Positions 33,321 to 40,529 of a stretch of DNA of 64,000 nt are shown here, one piece after another. The translations under genes were made by a program, and so were the position numbers. The notes beneath the pieces were generated by a model that searched no databases, was not told where the DNA came from, and saw nothing but the letters and a program-made list of their open reading frames with translations. The DNA is from Candidatus Acidiferrales bacterium (lineage in GTDB: Bacteria > Acidobacteriota > Terriglobia > Acidiferrales > 2-02-FULL-67-57), in contig CBDFHE010000018.1 of assembly GCA_965247455.1 (NCBI GenBank), positions 404,566-468,565 of the forward strand. Reading direction: 5' to 3'. Each line of letters begins with the position of its first letter. Position 1 is the stretch's first letter.

Positions 33321-35700
33321 ATGATTGGCCAGACGCTGAGCCACTACCGCGTGGTGGAGAAGATCGGTGCCGGCGGCATGGGCGAGGTCTACCGAGCCAC
33401 CGACACTCGCCTTGAACGCGAAGTGGCCTTGAAGGTTCTGCCCTCGGGAACCCTGGCTGACGAAGCCGCCCGCAAACGTTTCCGCAAGGAAGCCCTCACC
33501 CTCTCCAAGCTCAGCCATCCGCACATCGCCACGGTGCACGACTTCGACACGCAGCACGGGATCGACTTTCTGGTGATGGAGTATGTGGCCGGTGGAACAC
33601 TAGCGGCAAAGCTCAAGAGCGGGCCTTTACCCGAAAAAGAAGTGGCCCGGCTGAGCCTTCAGATAGTGGAGGCGCTGGAAGAAGCCCATGAGCAGGGCAT
33701 CGTGCACCGGGATATAAAGCCGGGGAACGTGATGGTGACGCCCAAGGGGCAGGTGAAGGTGTTGGACTTCGGGCTGGCGAAACTACTGAGGCCGGTGAGT
33801 GCGACGGCGACTACCGAAAGCTTCACCGAGACGCAAGGGGCAGCGGGAACATTACCGTATATGGCGCCCGAGCAACTCCGCGGCGAACAGGTGGACGCGC
33901 GGACCGATATCCACGCGCTGGGGGCGGTGCTCTACGAGATGGCGACCGGCCAGCGGGCCTTCCCGGACCGGCAACCGGCCCAGTTGACCGCGGCCATCCT
34001 GCAACTGCCGCCGTCCAGCCCGCGGGCGCTCAACCGGCGGGTGTCGGGAGAACTGGAGCGGGTGGTGCTGAAGTGTCTGGAGAAGGAGCCGGAGCGCCGC
34101 TACCAGTCGGCCAAAGAGCTAAGGGTGGACTTGCGCCGAATGTCGAGTCCAACGGTCGCAGCCTTCACACCGAGCCCCCAGGCACCTGCCTGGGGGAAAC
34201 CTGTGTGGCGGCTTGCGGCTGCTGGGTTCGCGGTGGTCGCACTGCTGGCGGTGCTGGTGGGGCTGAACGTCGGCGGCCTGCGCCAACGGCTGCTGGGGGG
34301 AGCGGCGCCAGGTCAGATTCAATCCATCGCCGTGCTGCCACTCGATAACATGATGGGCGACGCTGAGCAGGATTACTTTGTGGAAGGGATGCACGAAGCG
34401 CTGATTACCGAGTTGTCCAAAATCGGCGCCTTGAAGGTCATCTCCCGGACTTCCGCGATGCGGTACAAGGACACGGACAAGTCGGTGCCGGAGATTGCAA
34501 GGGAACTGGGGGTGGACGCGGTAATCGAAGGCTCGGTGTTGCGAGCGGGAAGCACGGTGCGGATCACAGCGCAGTTGATCGAGGCGGCCACCGACCGCAA
34601 CCTCTGAGCTGACAATTTCGACCGGGAACTGCGCAACATTCTGGCCTTGCACAGCGAGGTGGCACGGGCAATTGCCAAGGAGATCAAGATCACACTGACG
34701 CCAGGAGAGGAGGCGCGCCTCGCCAGCGCCCGCCCCGTCGACCCCGAGGCGTACGAGGCCTACCTCATAAGGTCGCTACCACTGGAACAAGCGCACGCCG
34801 GAGGGGTTCCAGAAAGCGGCCGAGCTCTTCCAGCAGGCTATTGACCTCGACCCCACTTACGCGCTGGCCCACGCCGGCCTGGCCGACAATTACGCCGTGC
34901 AACCCTCCTGGGGCACACTCCCACCTCGCGAAGCATACCCCCGTGCCAAGGCCGCCGCCGAGCGCGCCCTGGAGATAGACGACTCCCTAGGAGAGCCCTA
35001 CGCCACGCTGGGCGAGGTCCTGTGGAGCTACGACTGGGACTGGGAGGGAGCGGAGCGAGCTTTCCGGGAGGCGCTGGACCGGAATCCTAGCTACGCCACG
35101 GCGCACCAGTGGCACGCCCAGTATCTGGCGGCCGTGGGGCGGCACGAAGAGGCCATCGCCGAAATCAAACGCGCCCAGGAACTCGATCCTCTTTCCTTCA
35201 TCATCGCTTTCAACGTGGGGTGGAAGTATTACTATGCCCGCCAATACAACGGAGCGGAGGAGGCCACGCGCAAGGCCTTGGAGATGGACCCCAACCATCC
35301 CGGTCCACACTTCACCCTGGGCTGGATTTACCTGGCGACGGGCCGGCCGCAGGAAGCCGTTGCCGCCTTTCATCGCGCCTCGCAGCTTCTCCCTGGCAAG
35401 CCAGTATATCTGGGCGGTCTGGCTGCGGCCTATGTCCGAATGGGCAAGAGAGAAGAAGCCCGGCGGTTGCTGGAGCGATTGGAGAATGAATCAAGAGAAA
35501 GATATGTGGCCGCCGAGGACATAGCGCTTGTCTATGCCCGCCTAGGCGAGAAAGACCGTGCCTTCCTCTGGCTGGAAAGAGCTCTTGAACAGCGCACATG
35601 GGCTGTGGCGTACATGAAAGTTGCACCGCGCTTCGATGTCCTGCGGGATGACCCCCGCTTCCAATCCCTTCTCCGCCGCATGAACTTCCCGGAGGATTAG
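33321..35700 (+). pseudogene. Ser/Thr protein kinase - TM - TolB-N-like - TPR protein, disrupted by an in-frame TGA (34605-34607) and a +1 insertion (about 34768)
   Basis: Hanks kinase motifs (GAGGMGEVY, ALKVL, HRDIKPGNV, DFGLA, PYMAPE). Three consecutive ORFs (33321-34607, 34608/34647-34844, 34897-35700) read as one protein once the two lesions are repaired. Confidence 0.75.
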
Positions 35701-35757
35701 TTGATTGGTTTATTGGTTTAACAGTTACTTGGTTTATCGGTTGATGGGTTGATTGGG
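35701..35757. repeat. AT-rich TTGATTGG-type direct-repeat patch
   Basis: TTGATTGGTTTATTGGTTTAACAGTTACTTGGTTTATCGGTTGATGGGTTGATTGGG follows directly after a TAG stop. It has the same start and end words as 27914-27939. Confidence 0.7.
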
Positions 35758-35905
35758 AGCAGCGGGGGAGCGGGTGCAGAGCCTGCCTGCGCCTGCCTGC
35801 GGTAGGCAGGGCAGACAGGCACCACTTCCAAACTGTCGTACTTGGGCTTCGGCGGGGGTCGCGGGCCTGCCCGCCGCAGCCCGCAGGGCGTAGGCGGGTC
35901 GCTGG

Positions 35906-36370
35906 CTAGGGGCGGGAGCGCTCGCGCAGGAGCTGCTTCAACTCGCCCATGAATTCCTTGACGTCTTTGAAGTCCAAATAGACCGAGGCGAAGCGGACGT
36001 AGGCGACTTTGTCCAGCTTGCGCAGCCGGTTCATGATCACCTCACCCACTTCACTGGAGTTGCGCTCGCGGTTGGGGGAGTCGGCGACGAAGGTTTCCAC
36101 CTCGTCCACCGTCGCTTCCAGCTTCTGCATCGGCACGGGGCGTTTCTCGCACGCCCGCAGCAGCCCCGCCAGCACTTTTTGCCGGTCGAACCGCTCCCGG
36201 CGGCCGTCCTTCTTGATGACCATGTAGGGAATCTCGTCAATGCGCTCGTAGGTGGTGAAGCGGCGGTGGCAGCCGAAGCATTCGCGCCGGCGGCGGATGG
36301 CGTCGCCCCCGCGCGCCTCGCGCGAGTCCACCACCTTATCTTCTCCGTGGCCGCAAAAAGGGCACTTCAT
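35906..36370 (-). CDS. nrdR: transcriptional repressor NrdR
   Basis: [17 protein letters not shown] zinc ribbon plus an ATP-cone (..[20 protein letters not shown]..). Confidence 0.92.
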   Translation of the reverse strand: MKCPFCGHGEDKVVDSREARGGDAIRRRRECFGCHRRFTTYERIDEIPYMVIKKDGRRERFDRQKVLAGLLRACEKRPVPMQKLEATVDEVETFVADSPNRERNSSEVGEVIMNRLRKLDKVAYVRFASVYLDFKDVKEFMGELKQLLRERSRP

Positions 36371-36544
36371 CGCGGGCCTCTCCGCCGAAGAACTTCCGCT
36401 GGTGCGACGGCTCCCATGGATGACTCTACCGGCGGCCCCAGCCTAATACGAAGCCGGCAGGCTGGCAAGAGCAGGCGTTGCTAAGACATAGTTGCGCAGG
36501 GGGTTAGGAGCGACTACCATACCCCCGCCAAGGGTGGTTGGAGG

Positions 36545-36570
36545 GGAACTTTTCGCTGCCCAAATCCGTT
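36545..36570 (+). promoter_or_regulatory. candidate ECF-type promoter (GGAAC-N17-CGTT)
   Basis: GGAAC at 36545-36549 and CGTT at 36567-36570 with a 17-nt spacer, about 45 nt upstream of the sigma-factor start. Matches the generic ECF -35/-10 pattern. By-eye call only. Confidence 0.35.
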
Positions 36571-36614
36571 TCTTGGAATAGGGCCGGTCAACGGAAGTTG
36601 CAGGAGCGGCCTAG

Positions 36615-37199
36615 GTGGATGATGCCGAACTGGTACGACGATGCGTGGCCGGCGACAGCGCGGCCTGGGAAAGCATTGTCCGCACCCATACCCGGCGCAT
36701 CTACAACCTCTGTTACCGCTTTACCGGCCAGCGGCAAGAGGCGGAAGATTTGACGCAGGAGGTTTTTCTGCGCATGTTTCGCACGCTCAAAAGTTACGAC
36801 CCCGCTCAAGGCGCCCTGGGCGTCTGGCTGCACCGGGTGGGCCGCAACCTGCTGATTGACCACTACCGCGCCACCCGCCGCGACCGCCTGACCAGTTCGC
36901 TCGACGACGAGCTGACGCACCTGGGCGAGAAGGAAGCCGCTCCTGCGCAGCAAGACCGGCAGGTGGCCCTGCGCGAGCTGAGCGCCACGCTGCAGTGGGC
37001 GCTGGCGCGGCTCTCGCCCGAGCTGCGCGAAGCGGTGGTGCTGCGCGACCTGCAAGAACTGGAGTACCGCGAGATCAGCCAGACGCTTAACATCCCGGAA
37101 GGCACCGTCAAGTCGCGCATCAACCGCGGCCGCGCCGAGCTGGGCCGAATTTTGAAGCGGCTGCCCGGGTTCGACAACCCGGAGGACGTAGTCCAATGA
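36615..37199 (+). CDS. ECF (sigma-70 family, group 4) RNA polymerase sigma factor
   Basis: Region 2 (IYNLCYRFTGQRQEAEDLTQEVFLRMF) and region 4 (LRDLQELEYREISQTLNIPEGTVKSRINRGRAEL). Confidence 0.9.
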   Translation: MDDAELVRRCVAGDSAAWESIVRTHTRRIYNLCYRFTGQRQEAEDLTQEVFLRMFRTLKSYDPAQGALGVWLHRVGRNLLIDHYRATRRDRLTSSLDDELTHLGEKEAAPAQQDRQVALRELSATLQWALARLSPELREAVVLRDLQELEYREISQTLNIPEGTVKSRINRGRAELGRILKRLPGFDNPEDVVQ

Positions 37200-37846
37200 A
37201 GAAGTGGAACTGCGAACGGCTGGAAGCGCGGCTGGACGACTACCTGGAAGGCCGGCTGGCCGCAGCCGACCTGCGGGCAGCCGACGCCCACGCGCGCTCC
37301 TGCGCGCGTTGCGCTGAGTGGTTCGACGCCCGCCGCGCTGCGCTCTGGCTGCGCCGGCTCGAACCGCTGGAGGCGCCGCCGGGCTTGGAGACCCGCATCC
37401 TCGCCCAGACTGTCGCGCCTCCACCGCGCGAAAGCCTGTGGACCGTGCTGGATCGCGGCTGGACTCTGGTGGTGCAACCCCGCTTCGCCTTCGGCTCGGC
37501 GGCCGCGGTGTTCTCCGCCGCGCTGGCGCTGAGCGCGTTGGATGTCTCGGTGCGGGACGTGCGGGCGGCGGACCTGAATCCCGCCAACATTTACCGCGCC
37601 GTCAACCGCCAGGCCCACCAAACCTATGCGCGCGGGGCTCGCTTCGTCAACGAACTCCGGCTGGTGTACGAAATCCGCACCCGGCTGGAGGCGTTCCGTT
37701 CTGACGCCCAGCCTCCGTCCCCACAGCCGCCGCCCGATTCCGGCCCGGGCGAGCAGCCCAAGCCCGACGACGGGAATTCCGCCTCCGGAACAATCGGTTG
37801 GTTGTATGCGTACCACCAGATGACACTCGTGAGGACGTTGCGATGA
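37196..37846 (+). CDS. anti-sigma factor (zf-HC2 type)
   Basis: N-terminal C..H..C..C zinc motif (WNCERLEARLDDYLEG...HARSCARCAEW). ATGA overlap with the sigma stop. One central hydrophobic helix. Confidence 0.75.
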   Translation: MKKWNCERLEARLDDYLEGRLAAADLRAADAHARSCARCAEWFDARRAALWLRRLEPLEAPPGLETRILAQTVAPPPRESLWTVLDRGWTLVVQPRFAFGSAAAVFSAALALSALDVSVRDVRAADLNPANIYRAVNRQAHQTYARGARFVNELRLVYEIRTRLEAFRSDAQPPSPQPPPDSGPGEQPKPDDGNSASGTIGWLYAYHQMTLVRTLR

Positions 37847-38451
37847 ACGAAGACGCCAAACAACCCGAAGCGGCTGCCGGCTTCTGCCGCCAGTGCGGTA
37901 AGACTCTTACTCCCGAGACCCGCCGGGACGTCCGCGGGGTGTACTACTGTGAAGATTGCCTGGCGGCTGCCACCCTCGGTGGCCAGGCGACTAGCGCTGG
38001 TGGACCCAGTCCCGGCGCCGCTCTGGCCTTGGGCTTCATCCCCGGCGTCGGCGCACTCTACAACGGCGAATACGTGAAGGCCCTGATCCACCTCATCATC
38101 TTCGGAGGCTTAATCAACATTCTGAGCTCCAGCGCCGCCCGGGGCCTCAAGCCCCTGCTGGGTATACTGCTGGCCGCCTTCATTATCTACATGCCGATCG
38201 AAGCCTACCAGACTGCCAAGCGCCGCGCTTCCGGTTTAGTTCCGGCCCCCAGTGGCTGGGAAACGCCGGGAACGAAGGGAGGCAAGGCCACCCCCATCGG
38301 CCCCCTGGTCTTGATCGTTTTGGGTGTACTTTTCCTGCTCAACAACTTTCTCCCCTATCACTTTCACCTGTTGCGCTTCTGGCCGCTGGCTCTGATCGCA
38401 CTCGGCGGCTGGATGCTGTGGAAACGAACCAGCGGCGCGCCCCCCGCCTAG
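37843..38451 (+). CDS. zinc-ribbon membrane protein with C-terminal 'WP-hairpin' (DUF5668/LiaF-TM-like) unit
   Basis: CRQCG..17..YYCEDC ribbon, TM segment LGFIPGVGALYNGEYVKALIHLIIFGG, and C-terminal ..LGVLFLLNNF..LLRFWPLALIALGGWMLWKR. ATGA overlap with the anti-sigma stop. Confidence 0.65.
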   Translation: MNEDAKQPEAAAGFCRQCGKTLTPETRRDVRGVYYCEDCLAAATLGGQATSAGGPSPGAALALGFIPGVGALYNGEYVKALIHLIIFGGLINILSSSAARGLKPLLGILLAAFIIYMPIEAYQTAKRRASGLVPAPSGWETPGTKGGKATPIGPLVLIVLGVLFLLNNFLPYHFHLLRFWPLALIALGGWMLWKRTSGAPPA

Positions 38452-38473
38452 CGGGACAGAAAGGAGAACTGCA

Positions 38474-38755
38474 ATGAAAATGAATACGGGATCTGAACTT
38501 ACTCCGGGACAGACGCCAGCACAAACCCTCCGCCGTAGCAGCGAGGCGGGATTCTGCGGCTGCAACAGCCTGTTCTGCGCGCTCTTCCTGATTGCCTTCG
38601 GCGCCTTCTTCCTGCTCGGCAACCTGGACGTTTTCCCCTGGGGTTTCTACCTCTGGCGCTACTGGCCGGTACTTCTGATCGCGCTGGGAGCGTGGTTGCT
38701 CTGGAAGCGCACCGCCGGCGCGCCCACCAACCGACAACCAGGAGGGCTAGGATGA
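38474..38755 (+). CDS. small membrane protein, 'WP-hairpin' unit only
   Basis: 93 aa: ..FLIAFGAFFLLGNLDVFPWGFYLWRYWPVLLIALGAWLLWKR. AAGGAG lies 8 nt upstream of the ATG. Confidence 0.6.
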   Translation: MKMNTGSELTPGQTPAQTLRRSSEAGFCGCNSLFCALFLIAFGAFFLLGNLDVFPWGFYLWRYWPVLLIALGAWLLWKRTAGAPTNRQPGGLG

Positions 38756-39009
38756 GTCAAGGACCTACTCCAACGCCGCAACCGACCGGAACGCCGCCAC
38801 AACCCTCCGGCAAGTATTGCCCCTGCGCTCGCTGCCGTTGCAGTGGCCTGCTGGGCCCGGCCATCCTGATTACCCTCGGGGTGCTTTTCCTCGTTCCGCA
38901 GTTCGTGCACCGGCTCGATTTCGGCGACCTGTGGCCCATCATCCTGATCGTCATCGGAGCCGTGAAACTGTTCGAATACGGCGCCTCCACCGAGGGACAT
39001 CGAGGGTAG
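38752..39009 (+). CDS. small membrane protein, Pro-rich N-terminus + CPCARCRC cluster + 'WP-hairpin' unit
   Basis: 85 aa. ATGA overlap with the previous stop. ..GPAILITLGVLFLVPQFVHRLDFGDLWPIILIVIGAVKLF. Confidence 0.6.
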   Translation: MSQGPTPTPQPTGTPPQPSGKYCPCARCRCSGLLGPAILITLGVLFLVPQFVHRLDFGDLWPIILIVIGAVKLFEYGASTEGHRG

Positions 39010-39010
39010 C

Positions 39011-40393
39011 ATGGCCAACGGCACCTCTTACCGTCGCGGCTCGGTTTTCGGCGCGTTGTTGCTGATCGCCGTCGGCGGGCTCTTCCTCTACACCAACTTT
39101 AGCCGCGAGTTCAGTCCCTGGCCCCTGATCGCCCTCTACTGGCCGGTGCTCATCATCTTCTGGGGCCTGAGCAAGCTGGTGGACTACTGGATGCTGCGCG
39201 GCCGCCCGGAAGCCGCCGCCGCCACCCGCATCGGTGCCGGCAGCATCGTCGGTCTGATTTTCCTCATCCTCATCGGCACCGCCTTCAGCCGCGCCATGCG
39301 CGGCGGCTGGTGGGAAGGCGCTCCGATTGTCATCGGGGGCGAGGAAATCGGCTGCGTGCTCGGCAACCGGTACGAGTTCACTGAGGAATTGATTGAAGAA
39401 GACATCGCCACCCGTGCCACGTTGCAAGTCCGCAACCCGCGCGGCAACCTCACCCTCACCCCCGGCGACACCAACCAGATCCGTCTGATGGCCCGCAAGT
39501 CCGTCTGTGCCGCCTCGGAAGACCAGGCCCGGCGGGTGGCCAACAGTTACGTGCTGGTGCTGGAAAGCGCCGCCGACGGCTACGAAATCCGCTGGGATAC
39601 CCCTTCCGGGGCCCGCGGCTTCGTAGGAGCTGAGCTCCAACTGCGAGTTCCCGTGGCCCTCAATCTCAAACTCTCCAACCGCCGCGGGGATATCCGCCTC
39701 AGCGGCACCCGGGGCGACGTCGAAATCAACCTCCGTCGCGGCGACGTCTTCGTAGAGAACGTGGACGGTGACGTCCGGGTGGATCTGAGGCGGGGCGATG
39801 TACGAATCGCCGACGTCACCGGCAAAGTGAACGTTGAGGGCCGGGGAGATGAAGTTCAAATCCGCGACATCGGCGGCGCCGCCAGCGTGGAAGGCTCCTT
39901 CTATGGGCCCATCCGGTTGGCTGCTATTGCCGGCCCGGCTCGGTTCGTCTCCCGCCGTTCCACCTTCGAGGCGCCCCGCATTGACGGCAGCCTGGAGTTT
40001 GCCAGCGGCGAAGTGATCCTGCGCGGCGTCCCCGGCGACGTGACCCTGCTCACCCGCGACAAGGAAATCGAAATCGAAGGTGTCAGCGGAAAAGTCCGAG
40101 TCGAGAACCGCAACGGCCGCATTGTGCTTCGCGCCCCCGCCTCTCCCACCCAGCCGATTGATATCCAGAACCGCTCCGGTAACATCGAGCTCGTCCTGCC
40201 CACGGCCAGCGGCTTCGAGATTTCCGCCCGCGTCCGCAATGGCGAGATCGAGTCCGACTTCACCGGCCCCGGCTTGACCCTTGAGCGCGAAGAGCGCGGC
40301 ACCCAGACCCTCCGGGGCACCTACGGCGCCCGCCGGACTTCCATCCGCCTCTCCACCACCCACGGCACCATTTACCTCCGCCGCGAGTCCTAG
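39011..40393 (+). CDS. 'WP-hairpin' membrane anchor fused to a DUF4097 (LiaG-like beta-helix, 'putative adhesin') domain
   Basis: N-terminus ..LLIAVGGLFLYTNF..ALYWPVLIIFWGLSKLV plus a further TM. The C-terminal ~330 aa has repeated GDI/V-R/E-V/I rungs (RRGDIRLSGTRGDVEINLRRGDVFVENVDGDVRVDLRRGDVRIADVTGKVNVEG..). Starts 1 nt after the previous stop. Confidence 0.75.
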   Translation: MANGTSYRRGSVFGALLLIAVGGLFLYTNFSREFSPWPLIALYWPVLIIFWGLSKLVDYWMLRGRPEAAAATRIGAGSIVGLIFLILIGTAFSRAMRGGWWEGAPIVIGGEEIGCVLGNRYEFTEELIEEDIATRATLQVRNPRGNLTLTPGDTNQIRLMARKSVCAASEDQARRVANSYVLVLESAADGYEIRWDTPSGARGFVGAELQLRVPVALNLKLSNRRGDIRLSGTRGDVEINLRRGDVFVENVDGDVRVDLRRGDVRIADVTGKVNVEGRGDEVQIRDIGGAASVEGSFYGPIRLAAIAGPARFVSRRSTFEAPRIDGSLEFASGEVILRGVPGDVTLLTRDKEIEIEGVSGKVRVENRNGRIVLRAPASPTQPIDIQNRSGNIELVLPTASGFEISARVRNGEIESDFTGPGLTLEREERGTQTLRGTYGARRTSIRLSTTHGTIYLRRES

Positions 40394-40529
40394 CAACACG
40401 CACACCGCTGGGCTGCTGCTCCCGGTCGCACGGAAAAATTCTCCCCAAAACGCTTGACAAGCCTGTGGCTAATTCCCTAAGACAAAGGCGATTTTTCTTG
40501 TCCGTCTTCAGGTTGGCCACAGGGGACAC

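Noticed and set aside
34605-34607. In-frame TGA in the kinase gene as possible selenocysteine or programmed read-through.
   Set aside because: The family has Trp at this position, so a single TGG->TGA transition explains it. No SECIS-like hairpin follows. A second, independent frameshift lesion 160 nt downstream argues for decay or sequence error.
40454-40482. Sigma-70-like promoter TTGACA-N17-CTAAGA upstream of the PilZ gene.
   Set aside because: The -35 hexamer is perfect but the -10 hexamer is poor. It is too weak to report as a feature without transcript data.
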